Source of the DNA: Sandaracinaceae bacterium
GTDB lineage: Bacteria > Myxococcota_A > Polyangia > Polyangiales > Sandaracinaceae
Assembly (NCBI GenBank): GCA_044220955.1
Contig: JBGAQA010000087.1
Location: 1 to 28,791 of the forward strand
DNA length: 28,791 nt
Direction of reading: 5' to 3'
The stretch's first letter is position 1; the number at the start of each line of letters is the position of its first letter. This document shows, one piece after another, positions 1-9,777 of this stretch. The notes below the pieces were generated by a model. It had not been told where the DNA came from. It made no database searches and was given only the letters and a program-made list of their open reading frames with translations. The position numbers and the translations under genes were made by a program.

Positions 1-827
1 ACCCGCGCCCCGTCGCCCCCGGCGCCGACGGGCTTCTTCGTCAGCGACGTCAGCACCTCGGACGCACGGAAGGCGAGCTTGACCGCGCGATCCTCGAGCG
101 AGTGGAACGAGAGGATCACCGCGACGCCGCCGTCCGCGAGCAGCTCAGGGAGCGCCGCGAGCAGCGCGTCGAGCTCGCCGAGCTCCTCGTTCACCGCGAT
201 GCGCAGGGCCTGGAACGTCCGCGTCCCCGGGTCGATGCCGCCGCGTGCCGGCCCGAGCACCCGCACCACCGCGCGCCGCAGATCGCCCGTGGTGAGGAGC
301 TCACCACGCTCCTCGGCCTGCTTGATCGAGCGCGCGATCGGTCGCGAGCGCCGCTCCTCGCCGTACGTGTAGAGGACGTCGGCGAGCTCGCGCTCCGAGA
401 GATCGGCGATCAGCTCACGGGCCGTGCGCCCGCGCGAGCGGTCCATCCGCATGTCGAGCGGGCCGTCGTGGCGGAACGAGAAGCCGCGCTCCGCCTCCTC
501 GAGCTGGGGGGAGCTCACCCCGAGATCCGCCACCACCCCGTCGAGGCGCGGGGCGCCCGCCGCGTCGAGGAGCGAGAGCGCGTCGCCGAAGCGGCCGTGC
601 AGGAAGCGCACGCGCGCACCGAAGCGCGAGAGCCGGTCGCGGCTCTCCTCGATGGCCTGCGCGTCCCGATCGATCGCGTAGAGCCTTCCGTCGGGCGCGC
701 TCGCATCGAGGATCGCCTCGGCGTGCCCGCCGCGGCCGAGCGTCGCGTCGCAGTAGACGCCGCCCGGGCGCGGCCCGAGGAACGCCAGCGTCTCGGCCTT
801 CAGGACGCTCAGGTGCTCGGTGGCCAT
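1..827 (-). CDS. rsmH: 16S rRNA m4C1402 methyltransferase RsmH (MraW), 3' end runs off the window
   Basis: Not in the ORF track; manual translation from ATG at 827 gives MATEHLSVLKAETLAFLGPRPGGVYCDATLGRGGHAEAIL...DLGVSSPQL...GFSF...GPLDMRMD...TRTFQALRIAVN...SFHSLEDR, all RsmH signatures. The ATG overlaps the mraZ stop (TGATG). Confidence 0.96.
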   Translation of the reverse strand, partial: MATEHLSVLKAETLAFLGPRPGGVYCDATLGRGGHAEAILDASAPDGRLYAIDRDAQAIEESRDRLSRFGARVRFLHGRFGDALSLLDAAGAPRLDGVVADLGVSSPQLEEAERGFSFRHDGPLDMRMDRSRGRTARELIADLSERELADVLYTYGEERRSRPIARSIKQAEERGELLTTGDLRRAVVRVLGPARGGIDPGTRTFQALRIAVNEELGELDALLAALPELLADGGVAVILSFHSLEDRAVKLAFRASEVLTSLTKKPVGAGGDGAR

Positions 828-1300
828 CAGAGCCCCAGCTCCGCGAGACGCGCCGCGATGTCGGCCCGCTTCTTGTCGTCGTCGAGCACCGCGCGCCGCA
901 GGCCGTCGAAGCGCGCCTTGGACCAGAGCTCGATGTGCTTGCCCATGCCGGCCCAGAGCACCTCGCGCTCGAGGCCGGCGACGTCGCGCAGCTCCTTCGG
1001 GATGACGAGGCGGCCGAGCTTGTCGAGCTCGATCTCGACGGCCCCCGACACGTAGAGCCTGCGGATCGTCGCCACGCTCGCGTCGAACTGCGGCAGCCGC
1101 GAGAGGCGTTCCTCGAACGCGAGCCACTCCGTCATCGGGTAGGCGACGAGGCAGGGATCGACGCCGTGCGTGAGCACGAGGCGCTCGTGCGCCCCCGCGA
1201 AAGACGAGGGCGCCGCGAGCAGATCGCGGAACTTGGCCGGGACCGAGGTCCGACCCTTCGCGTCGATCGCGTGCTCGTGCTGCCCGCGGAACAAAGGCAC
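827..1300 (-). CDS. mraZ: Division/cell-wall cluster transcriptional repressor MraZ
   Basis: FRGQHEHAIDAKGRTSVP and ELDKLGRLVIP are the two AbrB/SpoVT DxxGR repeats; G..IELW near the C-terminus; directly upstream of rsmH. Start is GTG 1300 or TTG 1294. Confidence 0.96.
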   Translation of the reverse strand: MPLFRGQHEHAIDAKGRTSVPAKFRDLLAAPSSFAGAHERLVLTHGVDPCLVAYPMTEWLAFEERLSRLPQFDASVATIRRLYVSGAVEIELDKLGRLVIPKELRDVAGLEREVLWAGMGKHIELWSKARFDGLRRAVLDDDKKRADIAARLAELGL

Positions 1301-1336
1301 TCACCGCCTCGAGTGGGCAGCGGAGGGGCGCGTCAG

Positions 1337-1360
1337 GCACCTCTTACCACTGCTTACCAC
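1337..1360 (-). promoter_or_regulatory. Putative MraZ operator: GTGG-N6-GTGG-N6-GTGC direct repeats
   Basis: Minus strand reads GTGGTAAGCA GTGGTAAGAG GTGC with 10-bp period, matching the GTGG(N6) repeats described upstream of mraZ in other bacteria. Confidence 0.75.
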
Positions 1361-1367
1361 CGAGGCG

Positions 1368-1397
1368 AACCTATGGCCCGCGCGCGAGCGCTGTCAA
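1368..1397 (-). promoter_or_regulatory. Sigma70-type promoter of the mraZ/dcw operon
   Basis: TTGACA (1397-1392), 18-bp spacer, TAGGTT (1373-1368), in an otherwise very GC-rich background. Confidence 0.7.
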
Positions 1398-1559
1398 CTT
1401 CTTTCGGACTCTGTTTTGAAGATCAATTCGGCGATCACGCGGAGGTGGCAGACGGTGGATCGGTCTCCCTTCGTCGAGTCGATTCGGATGTTCATGTGGG
1501 CGATCGTGCGCGTCCAGTTCCTGGCCAACGTCACCCGACGCGCGAGATAGATTGCGGGC

Positions 1560-1910
1560 ATGGAGCGCGATTCGCCGGAGCCCGCGGACCCGCTCGAGGT
1601 GGCCTGGTCCGAGGTCGAGGCGCGCTGGGACGAGCCGGCCGTGCACAAGAAGTTCCTGGCGCTCGCCGACACGCTCGACCGCCTCGGGGACGCCGGCCGA
1701 CGCTACCGTGCCGTGCGCGAGAGCAGCCCCGAGCGCGCGGAGCGCGCCAGGGCGCAGGTCGAGGCGCTGCTCGGCATCGCGATGACGCGGATGAAGGTGG
1801 AGAAGAGCGAGCCACCCAAGGCGCGGCGCCGCCTGGACTTCATCGCGTTCGGCATCAGCGCGGCGCTCATCGCCGCGGCGCTCTGGTCGATGCTGCGCGG
1901 GCTGCGGTGA
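1560..1910 (+). CDS. Hypothetical 116-aa helical protein with a C-terminal transmembrane anchor
   Basis: Coding-like composition; hydrophobic C-terminal segment FIAFGISAALIAAALWSML; TAGATT lies 6 nt before the ATG. Confidence 0.75.
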   Translation: MERDSPEPADPLEVAWSEVEARWDEPAVHKKFLALADTLDRLGDAGRRYRAVRESSPERAERARAQVEALLGIAMTRMKVEKSEPPKARRRLDFIAFGISAALIAAALWSMLRGLR

Positions 1911-1944
1911 CGCGCCGCGCAGGTTCCGCCCGGAGCGCAACCCG

Positions 1945-1974
1945 TTGATCAAGCGGAGCGCGGCCTCGTAGACT
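1945..1974 (+). promoter_or_regulatory. Putative sigma70-type promoter for the GTPase-kinase-thiL unit
   Basis: TTGATC (1945-1950), 18-bp spacer, TAGACT (1969-1974); GGAG ribosome-binding site at 1982-1985. Confidence 0.55.
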
Positions 1975-1990
1975 CGGGGACGGAGAACGC

Positions 1991-2659
1991 GTGCAGCTCG
2001 ACTTCAAGGCCAAAGAGCTGACGATCAAGCTCGTCTACTACGGGCCCGCTCTGAGCGGGAAGACCACCAACCTCCAGTCGATCCACGAGCTCGTCTCCGG
2101 CGAGTCGCGCGGCCGCCTCATGACGCTGGAGACGAAGGACGACCGCACGCTCTTCTTCGACCTGCTGCCCCTGACGCTGCAGGCGGGGCGCGGCGTGCAG
2201 GTGCGCATCAAGCTCTTCACGGTCCCGGGACAGGTGATCCACAACGCCACGCGGCGCCTCGTGCTCCAGGGCGCCGACGGCGTCGCGTTCATCGCCGACT
2301 CGCAGCGGGCCGAGACGAAGTCGAACGCCGCGGCGTTCGTGAACCTGCGCCAGAACCTCGTCGACAACGGGCTCGACGCCGCGCGCATGCCGCTCGTGAT
2401 CCAGTTCAACAAGCGCGACATGCCCGACATCCGGACGGACGCGGAGATCGACGAGCTCGCGCGCAAGGGCAAGGAGCCGGTGTTCAAGGCGGTCGCGCTG
2501 CGCGGCCAGGGAGTGCTCGAGACGCTGGTCGGTCTGCTGGAGATCGCCTGGATGCGGATCGAGAAGGAGCACCAGCTCGCCGACAAGCTGGGCCTGCGCG
2601 AAGAGGTCGTGATCGACGAGCTCCGCGGGCGCCTGGGCGTGAAGGCGGCGCGGAAGTGA
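1991..2659 (+). CDS. MglA-family small Ras-like GTPase (paralogue; no adjacent MglB)
   Basis: KLVYYGPALSGKTTN (G1), DDRTLFFD (G2 with intrinsic Arg), TVPGQ (G3), NKRD (G4), as in the MglA/SofG family. Confidence 0.92.
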   Translation: MQLDFKAKELTIKLVYYGPALSGKTTNLQSIHELVSGESRGRLMTLETKDDRTLFFDLLPLTLQAGRGVQVRIKLFTVPGQVIHNATRRLVLQGADGVAFIADSQRAETKSNAAAFVNLRQNLVDNGLDAARMPLVIQFNKRDMPDIRTDAEIDELARKGKEPVFKAVALRGQGVLETLVGLLEIAWMRIEKEHQLADKLGLREEVVIDELRGRLGVKAARK

Positions 2660-4062
2660 CGGCGGCGATCGGCGCGGAGCTCGAGCTCGCCGAGGTCGCG
2701 CGCCTCGAGGACATCGTCGATCGGCGCGCGCTGAGCGAGGTCTGCCGCTCGTTCTTCGAGCTCTTCTCGATCTCGCTCCGCGTGTTCACGCGCGACGGCG
2801 CCATGCTCGCGGACGCCCACGAAGAGCGCGAGATCTGCCGCTACGTGAACTCGCTGGGAGAAGGCCGGCGTGCGTGCTCGTCGCTGGTGACGGAGGTGAA
2901 GCGGACCGACCCGATCGACGGCGCGGTGGTCCATCCGTGCTTCACGGGCGCCGAGTACCGGATCGTCCCCATCGTGTACCAGGGCAAGCGGCTCGGGCGC
3001 TTCGTGCTCGGCCCCTACGTGCCGGCGGAGCGGAAGGAGGTGCCGCGATCGCTGCTCGTCATCGATCCGCGAATGGATCCGGAGCGCGCACGGAGCGCGC
3101 TCTCCGACATGCCGCGCGTCCGCAAGGAGACGGTCGAGCGCATCGGGGAGCACCTCTCCCGGACGCTCGACCTCATCTTGTTCTCGGGGCACCGCGCGTT
3201 CCTCACCAGCCACATGCACGTCGCCTCGGTGCGCGAGAGCTTCCGCGAGCTGGCCGAGAAGAACCAGCACCTGCAGGAGGCCTTCGACCGGCTCAAGGAG
3301 CTCGACCGCCTGAAGTCGAACTTCCTCGCCACCGTGAGCCACGAGCTGCGCACGCCGCTGACGTCGATCATCGGCTACAGCGACATGCTCGCCACCGGTA
3401 TCGCGGGGGAGCTGAACGCCGAGCAGCAGGAATTCGTCGAGACCATCCGGAACAAGGGCGACCACCTGCTCGCGCTGATCACGAGCCTGCTCGACCTCAA
3501 CAAGCTCGAGCAGGGCTCGATGCGCCTTCACCGCGAGGTGCTCGACCCCGGCGCGCTGGTGCTCGACCTGAAGAAGACGATGGCTCCGGCGGCGGCGAAG
3601 AAGTCGGTGTCGATCGACGCGCAGATCGAGAGCGGCCTCCCCAAGCTCGACGTGGACCCGGTCCGAATCCGGCAGGTACTCTTCAACATCGCCGAGAACG
3701 CCCTGAAGTTCAGCCCGCCCGGGAGCGTCGTGCGCATGATCGCGCGCAGCGCGGAGGGCACGGGCGCGGCGGGCGACGACGGCTTCGGCGCGGTGCTCCT
3801 CGCGGTGCCCGAGAAGCGGGTCGAGATCGGGATCATCGACGCCGGGATGGGCATCCCCAAGGAGGAGCACGACAAGATCTTCGACGCGTTCTACCAGGTG
3901 GACGGTGGCTCCACGCGCGAGCACGGCGGCACCGGGCTCGGCCTGTCGATCGTGAAGCGCATCGTCGAGGCGCACGGCGGGACCGTGCGCGTCGAGAGCG
4001 AGCCCGGGAGCGGCGCGGCGTTCTGGGTCAACCTTCCCGAGCACGACGCGTCGCACGGCTGA
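2656..4062 (+). CDS. Cytoplasmic sensor histidine kinase with an N-terminal PocR-like domain
   Basis: HisKA FLATVSHELRTPLTSIIGY; HATPase N box (ENALKF), DAGMGIP, GGTGLGLSIV. The N-terminus (ICRYV...C...HPCFTGAEYRIVPIVYQGKRLGRFVLGPY) resembles PocR sensors. No TM segment; GTGA overlap with the GTPase gene. Confidence 0.9.
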   Translation: MTAAIGAELELAEVARLEDIVDRRALSEVCRSFFELFSISLRVFTRDGAMLADAHEEREICRYVNSLGEGRRACSSLVTEVKRTDPIDGAVVHPCFTGAEYRIVPIVYQGKRLGRFVLGPYVPAERKEVPRSLLVIDPRMDPERARSALSDMPRVRKETVERIGEHLSRTLDLILFSGHRAFLTSHMHVASVRESFRELAEKNQHLQEAFDRLKELDRLKSNFLATVSHELRTPLTSIIGYSDMLATGIAGELNAEQQEFVETIRNKGDHLLALITSLLDLNKLEQGSMRLHREVLDPGALVLDLKKTMAPAAAKKSVSIDAQIESGLPKLDVDPVRIRQVLFNIAENALKFSPPGSVVRMIARSAEGTGAAGDDGFGAVLLAVPEKRVEIGIIDAGMGIPKEEHDKIFDAFYQVDGGSTREHGGTGLGLSIVKRIVEAHGGTVRVESEPGSGAAFWVNLPEHDASHG

Positions 4063-4065
4063 CCC

Positions 4066-5010
4066 GTGCGCGAGCGCCCCGCGAGCGAGCGGCAGCTCAT
4101 CGACGTCCTCGCGCGCGAGCTCGGGCGCGGAGTGCGCCGCGGCGTTCTGCTCGACATCGGCGACGACGCGGCGGTGCTCGCCCCGACGCGCGGCCGAACG
4201 GTGCTGAGCGTCGACGCATCCGTCGAGGGCGTGCACTTCCGGCGAGCGTGGGCCGGCCTCGACGTCCTCGGAGCCAGGGCGTTCGAGGCCGCGCTCTCCG
4301 ATCTCGCGGCGATGGGGAGCCGGCCCGTCGCGGCGCTCCTGGCCCTCGCGATGCCTGCGGCGACGACGGAGTCCGAGGTCCGCAGGCTCGCGTCGGGCGT
4401 CGCGCGCGCGGCCCACCGCGCGGGGTGTCCGGTCGTCGGCGGAAACCTGACCCGCGCGAGCGAGTGGTCGATCACCACGACGGTGGTCGGCGAAGCGACG
4501 CGGCCGCTCACGCGCGCGGGCGCGAGGCCCGGCGACGGCGTCTTCGTGACCGGCCCGCTCGGCGGCGCGGCGCTCGGCCTGGCGCTCCTGGACGCGACCA
4601 AGCCGCTCCCCGGCTCCCGGCCCTTCGTCCGCAGGTTCCTCGCGCCCCGTGCCCGGATCGAGGCCGGCCTCGCGCTCCACGGCGTCGCGCGTGCCTGCAT
4701 CGACGTTTCCGACGGCCTGCTGCGCGACGTCGGGCACGTCGCGGCGGCGAGCGGCGTGACGATCGAGCTCGAAGCGGCGCTCGTACCGCGCCCGCGCGGC
4801 CACGACGCGCTCGCGGCGCGGCTCGGGCTCGACGGCATCTCGCTCGCGCTCGCGGGAGGCGAGGACTACGAGCTCGTCTTCACCGCCCCCGCGGCGAGCC
4901 GGATCCCCACCCGCGCGCACCGCATCGGGCGCGTCGTGCGCGGCCCGAGCGAGGTGCGGCTGATCGGACACGGCCCGATCGCGCCCGGCTTCGACCACTT
5001 CCACGGGTAG
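4066..5010 (+). CDS. thiL: Thiamine-monophosphate kinase
   Basis: IGDDAAVL, D..VEGVHF, LSDLAAMG, VVGGN, R.GARPGD, CIDVSDGL, GGEDYELVFT, GFDHF motifs. Confidence 0.95.
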   Translation: MRERPASERQLIDVLARELGRGVRRGVLLDIGDDAAVLAPTRGRTVLSVDASVEGVHFRRAWAGLDVLGARAFEAALSDLAAMGSRPVAALLALAMPAATTESEVRRLASGVARAAHRAGCPVVGGNLTRASEWSITTTVVGEATRPLTRAGARPGDGVFVTGPLGGAALGLALLDATKPLPGSRPFVRRFLAPRARIEAGLALHGVARACIDVSDGLLRDVGHVAAASGVTIELEAALVPRPRGHDALAARLGLDGISLALAGGEDYELVFTAPAASRIPTRAHRIGRVVRGPSEVRLIGHGPIAPGFDHFHG

Positions 5011-5036
5011 CCGAGAACCGCGGACCGGGCCTCGCG

Positions 5037-8000
5037 TCAGCGCCGCGTCGAGGCGTGCCTCGACATCATCTTCTGCAGGCCGAATCGGGAGAGGCCGAGC
5101 AAGCGCGCGGCCTGCGTGACGTTGTGACCGGCCCGCGTCAGCGCGCGCTCGACGAGGCGCCGCTCGAGCCGATCGGTCGCGCGCTTGACGTCGAGGTCGC
5201 CCTCCCCCGCGCCCGCCTCGGTGTCGCCGCGCACCCGCGTGGACAGGTTCGCGAGGAGCAGCGCGCCCCCATCGAGGGCCAGCGCGCGCCGGACCTCGTT
5301 CTCGAGCTCGCGCACGTTGCCCGGCCACGGGTGCGCGCTCAGCGCCGCGATCGCCGAGGGCTCGATCGTCGCCGCACCCTGGGCATGCGCGAAGTGCCGC
5401 ACCAGCGGCTCGACGTCCTCGGGCCGCTCGCGCAGGGGCGGGAGCGCGATCTCGACGACGGCGAGGCGATAGAAGAGATCCTCGCGCAGCTCCCCCCGCT
5501 GCACCATCGCGCGCAGATCCCGGTGCGACGCCGCGACGACGCGCACGTCGATGGGCCGGGTGCGCTCGGCGCCCATCGGCCGGATCTCCCGCGCCGAGAG
5601 CGCGCGCAGCAGCTTCGCCTGCATGGGGAGCGGGAGCTCACCGATCTCGTCGAGGAAGAGCGTCCCGCCCTCGGCGAGCTCGAAGAGGCCGCGGCGACGG
5701 GCCACGGCTCCGGAGAACGCGCCGCGCGCGTGACCGAACAGAGCGCTCTCGAAGAGCGCTGCCGGGATGGCCGCGCAGCTCTCGGCGACGAAGGGCCCGC
5801 CAGCGCGCGCGCTGGCGCGGTGGACGAAGCGCGCGACGACCTCCTTGCCCGTGCCGCTCTCACCCGTCAGCAGGACCGACGCGTCGCTCGCCGCCACCCG
5901 CGCCGCGAGCGCGACCACCGCGCGCATCGCGGGGCTCTCGGCGACGAGGTCGACCTGATCCGGCCGCTCGGCGGCGAGCAGCGCTGCCTCGCGGGTCTTC
6001 TCCTCGAGGGTGACGCGAAGCGTCCGCTCGCGCCGCGCGGCGAGGGCCTGGGCGCGGCGCTCCCTGCGCGCGCGCGCCGCGTTCGCGAACGCGATCGAGG
6101 CGAAGGCCGAGAGGTCTTCCAGCGCCTCGACGAGCGACGCACCGAACGCCGAGGGGCGCAGGCGGTCGTCCACGTAGAGCACCGCTGGCCGCTCGCCTTG
6201 GGCCAGAGGCACGGCGACGACCGAGCGAACCGCCAGCGCGTGGATGCTCGCCCCCGGGTCCAGCGCGAGATCGGCGCCCGCGTCGATGGACACGACCCGC
6301 GCGCGCCGATCGAGACACCGCGCGACGATCGACGTGGAGAAGCGGGCGCTCCGGACGTCGAGCGCCCCGCCGGCGCCGTGACCGGCGCGGACGGCGAGCG
6401 CGCCGCTCGGCTCGCGGACGACGAGGAACGCATGCTCGGCGGCGGCCAGCGTGCGGGCGGAGGCCACGAGCCGCGCGGCGATGGCGCTCGAGCTCGCCTC
6501 CTCGAGCAGCGCGCGGGCGTGCCCGGCGACGAGCGCCGCCTCGGTCCCGGGACCGCTCGTCTGGGCCGGCTCCGCGCCGAGCGCGCGCGCGTGGAGCGCG
6601 CGGAACTGGGCGTGCCGCTCGGGGGGCAGCGACGCGAGCGCGCGGTCGAGCAGCGAGCGCTGCGAGCGAAGCGCGGACTGGACGGAAGGACCGTCCCCGA
6701 GCGCATCGGCGACGTCGACGGCGACCGAGAGCGCGCGAAGCCGCAGCTCGAAGCCACCGCGCGCGCCCAGCCGCGCGAGCGCCTCGCGCGCGATCTCGCT
6801 CGCGGCGTGCGGATCCCCGGCCGCGAGAGAGAGGCGGGCCTGGGCCAGGGCGTGCTCGATCCGGATCGGGGTCGGAGCGTCGTCGTCGAGCGTGGCCCGC
6901 GCGAGGGCGGCGCGCGCGCCCGCCAGGTCTGCGCCGAGCGCGCGCGCCGTGGCCAAGCGCGAGGCGACCAGGGGCGAGGGGCCGCGCTCGGCGAGCTCGG
7001 TCAGCCGCCTCTGCGCGGCACGCGGACGCCCCTCCCCCACGTCGACGTCGGCCAGGATCACCTCGGCGAGCGCCCGCGCGTCCTCGTCGCCGACCCGCGT
7101 CGCCTCGTCGCGCGCGCCCTCCGCCGCGTGTCGGGCGTGCGCACGATCGCCCGCCAGCAGCGCGGCGTTGGCGACGTTGTACAGAGCGCGCGCCGCGTCG
7201 CGGTCGCGCCCGAGGAGCACGAGCTGCTCGGCCCCGCGGGTGAGCGCTTCGATCGCCGGCCCGAGCAGCCCCAGCTCGAGCCGGCCGATCCCGAGGTTCA
7301 CCAGGAACGCTGCGGCCGCGTGCCGCTCCCCCGCGGCGGCGGCGAGCCTCGCGCTCCGCTCGAACGCGGCGTGCGCTCCCTCGGCGTCACCGAGCGCCGC
7401 GCGCGCGGACGCCTCGACGGCGCAGAGGCGCGCGCCCGCGCGCGCGCGCTCGAACGCGGGGAGCGCGGCCGCCGCCTCGACGGCGTCCCGCTCGGCCTCG
7501 GCGATGGCGAGCGCACGCTCGGGCTGTCCGCGCGCCGCAGCGGCCAGCGCCAGCGCCTCCTGCACGAACGCCGACGCACGTCCGCTTCCTCGCAGCCCCT
7601 CGAGCTCCGGCGGCGGCTTGCCCAGGGCGAGCGCGATGCGCACGAGGGACGCACGCGCCGCCGGACGATCGCGATCGGCGGCGTCGAGCCGCTCGAGCAG
7701 CGCGCGGGCCTCGTCCCATCGTCCGGCGCGCCGCAGCGCCTCGCCACGAAGCCACGTGTCGCCGGTCCCCTCGAGCAGCGCGAGCGCGCCCACGACATCC
7801 CCCGCGGCGAGGAGCGCGTCGGCGTGCGCCACGAGGAGACGATCGTCGGCGAGCACGACGCGCGCCCGGGCCAGGAGCTGCGCGGCGCCCTCCGGCGATC
7901 CCGCGTCTCGCAGCGCCGTCGCCTCCGCGAGGAGCTCGTCCGCCGCGTCCGGGGCCCCCAGCGCGCCGCGCGCGAGCGCGCGCCCGGGCCCCGGCCCGAG

Positions 8001-9710
8001 CGTGCTCGCGACGAGGGCCGCCGCGGCGCGCCTCGCTTCGGGGGTCGCGTCCTCGAGGACGCGGGCCGCATAGGCATCGGTCAGGCGGAGCCGCCCGTCG
8101 GGGTCACGTCCGGCGATGCCGCGCGCCACGAGGGTCTCCGCGATCCGGGACGCGTCGCGCCCCGCCACGCGCCGCGCGGTCCGAGAGTCGATGGCGCCGC
8201 CGGCCAGGGCCGCAGCCAGCGCGAGGTCGCGACCGGCTCCGAGGTCCGCCCCCACGAGAGCGCGCGAGGGGCCCTCGACCGGGCCCGCGCGCGGGTCGCC
8301 GCCGGACATCCAGCGCTCCGAGATCATGCGGACGAGAACGCCCGGCAGACCGCGCGCCGCGCGGCGGTATGCCTCCGCGACGGATCCCTCGCTCCCCTCG
8401 AGCAGCAGGCGCGTGAGCTCGCCGAAGGGCACCGCTCCGAGGGCCTCGAGCACGACGTCGACGTCGGCGCCGGACACCTCGGCCTCGCGCTCGAGGACGA
8501 CCACCACGGGCGCGCCCGAGAGGACCGCGGCGCGATGCAGCGCGACGGCCTCGGCGCCGTCGCCTTGCGCGAAGAGGATCGTCGGCGTGTGCGGCACCAC
8601 GGGCGAGCGGCGGAAGGGCCGGAAGGTCGGCACCTCCACGCGCGCGTCCTGCGCGGCGCGCGCGATCTCCGACTGCGCGGCGCGGACGGCCTCCATCACG
8701 ACGCGTGTGCGCCCGCTCCCCGCCGGACCGCGCACCGCGATCAGCGCGGGCCGCGGGCGCGGTCCCGCGAGCGCCGCCCGGATGGCGCTCGCGATGCGCT
8801 CGACCTCGCGCGTCCGCCCCACCATCGGCACGACCGAGGCGCGCCGCGCCCGCTCGACCGCGGACGGCGCGCCGAGGAGCGTGAGCACGTCCCTGGCGCC
8901 GAGCGCGCGCGCCACGTCCGCGGCCAGGCGCGGCCGATCGGCGGGCCGCTCGGACAGGCACGAGCGCACGAGCGCGGCGAGCTCGGGGTCGACCCACGAC
9001 GGCAGCTCGCTCCAGGCGGACGGCCCGTGCGCCGGCAGGTCGGACCGCGTGGCGTCGCCCCCGGCGCCCACCAGCCACTCGTGCAGCGTGCCCCCGAGGG
9101 CGTAGAGGTCGGTGGCGGGGCTGCGCTCGCCGAGCAGCGCCTCGGGCGCGAGGAAGCGCGGCGTGCCGCCGATCCCGCTCCGGCCGAAGGCGACCGCGAG
9201 CCCCAGGTCGACGAGCGTCGCGTGCGGCTCCCCCTCCGCACGCACGACGACGTTGCCGGGCTTCACGTCCCCGTGCGCGAGCCCGCGCGCGTGCAGCGCC
9301 GCCAGCGCGCCCGCGACCTGCGCCGCCACCGCCCGCGCGAGGACGGCGCGCGCGGGCGCGTCGAGCGCGACGAAGACGGTGTCGGAGGGCGCCCCTGGCG
9401 CACGGTCCTCGACGAGCACGAAGGCGCCGCGCGGCAGGCGGAACGGAGGACCGAGCGGGCGCTCGACGCGGAGCAGCTCGTGGACGCGGGCGAGGCTCGG
9501 GTGCGCGAGCCCCGCCAGGACCTCGAGCTCCCAGCCGAGGCGCTCCGCGTGCTCCGGCAAGACGATCTTGATCGCCCGTAGCGCGCCGTCGTCGGCCCGA
9601 TCGAGCACCTCGACGACGCGGCCGGAGCCACCGTGACCGAGCTCGGCGCGGTGCTCGTAGCGGTCGAACGCCAACTCCGTTGCTCTGGGAGCCGCGCGCT
9701 TCGTGGCCAT
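5037..9710 (-). CDS. Multidomain sigma54-dependent activator: Ser/Thr kinase + P-loop (STAND-like) + TPR-like helices + GAF + AAA+ + Fis HTH (~1557 aa)
   Basis: Likely start ATG 9710. Kinase motifs [36 protein letters not shown]-loop GPAGSGRT; Ala-rich helical repeats; GAF (VRSVVAVPL...VLYVDDR); [58 protein letters not shown]. Confidence 0.9.
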   Translation of the reverse strand: MATKRAAPRATELAFDRYEHRAELGHGGSGRVVEVLDRADDGALRAIKIVLPEHAERLGWELEVLAGLAHPSLARVHELLRVERPLGPPFRLPRGAFVLVEDRAPGAPSDTVFVALDAPARAVLARAVAAQVAGALAALHARGLAHGDVKPGNVVVRAEGEPHATLVDLGLAVAFGRSGIGGTPRFLAPEALLGERSPATDLYALGGTLHEWLVGAGGDATRSDLPAHGPSAWSELPSWVDPELAALVRSCLSERPADRPRLAADVARALGARDVLTLLGAPSAVERARRASVVPMVGRTREVERIASAIRAALAGPRPRPALIAVRGPAGSGRTRVVMEAVRAAQSEIARAAQDARVEVPTFRPFRRSPVVPHTPTILFAQGDGAEAVALHRAAVLSGAPVVVVLEREAEVSGADVDVVLEALGAVPFGELTRLLLEGSEGSVAEAYRRAARGLPGVLVRMISERWMSGGDPRAGPVEGPSRALVGADLGAGRDLALAAALAGGAIDSRTARRVAGRDASRIAETLVARGIAGRDPDGRLRLTDAYAARVLEDATPEARRAAAALVASTLGPGPGRALARGALGAPDAADELLAEATALRDAGSPEGAAQLLARARVVLADDRLLVAHADALLAAGDVVGALALLEGTGDTWLRGEALRRAGRWDEARALLERLDAADRDRPAARASLVRIALALGKPPPELEGLRGSGRASAFVQEALALAAAARGQPERALAIAEAERDAVEAAAALPAFERARAGARLCAVEASARAALGDAEGAHAAFERSARLAAAAGERHAAAAFLVNLGIGRLELGLLGPAIEALTRGAEQLVLLGRDRDAARALYNVANAALLAGDRAHARHAAEGARDEATRVGDEDARALAEVILADVDVGEGRPRAAQRRLTELAERGPSPLVASRLATARALGADLAGARAALARATLDDDAPTPIRIEHALAQARLSLAAGDPHAASEIAREALARLGARGGFELRLRALSVAVDVADALGDGPSVQSALRSQRSLLDRALASLPPERHAQFRALHARALGAEPAQTSGPGTEAALVAGHARALLEEASSSAIAARLVASARTLAAAEHAFLVVREPSGALAVRAGHGAGGALDVRSARFSTSIVARCLDRRARVVSIDAGADLALDPGASIHALAVRSVVAVPLAQGERPAVLYVDDRLRPSAFGASLVEALEDLSAFASIAFANAARARRERRAQALAARRERTLRVTLEEKTREAALLAAERPDQVDLVAESPAMRAVVALAARVAASDASVLLTGESGTGKEVVARFVHRASARAGGPFVAESCAAIPAALFESALFGHARGAFSGAVARRRGLFELAEGGTLFLDEIGELPLPMQAKLLRALSAREIRPMGAERTRPIDVRVVAASHRDLRAMVQRGELREDLFYRLAVVEIALPPLRERPEDVEPLVRHFAHAQGAATIEPSAIAALSAHPWPGNVRELENEVRRALALDGGALLLANLSTRVRGDTEAGAGEGDLDVKRATDRLERRLVERALTRAGHNVTQAARLLGLSRFGLQKMMSRHASTRR

Positions 9711-9777
9711 GGTTACAGGCCAATCGTCCGCCCATCGAGCCCGGTCGTCAACGACGGTGGCACACGGCGTGGATCGC

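Noticed and set aside
1991..2659. Naming the GTPase mglA
   Set aside because: No adjacent mglB and a divergent G1 and C-terminus suggest a paralogue; orthology needs a phylogeny.
2874..9581. 2235-aa plus-strand ORF and other very long overlapping ORFs (e.g. 2038..5328 -, 22965..25103 +, 24760..27000 +)
   Set aside because: Arg/Ala/Gly/Pro-rich translations without motifs, overlapping well-supported genes; expected shadow ORFs in very high-GC DNA.
9758..9773. TGGCAC as a possible sigma54 -24 element between the two activator genes
   Set aside because: The -12 position reads GTGGA rather than TTGC, and it points antisense to the flanking genes.
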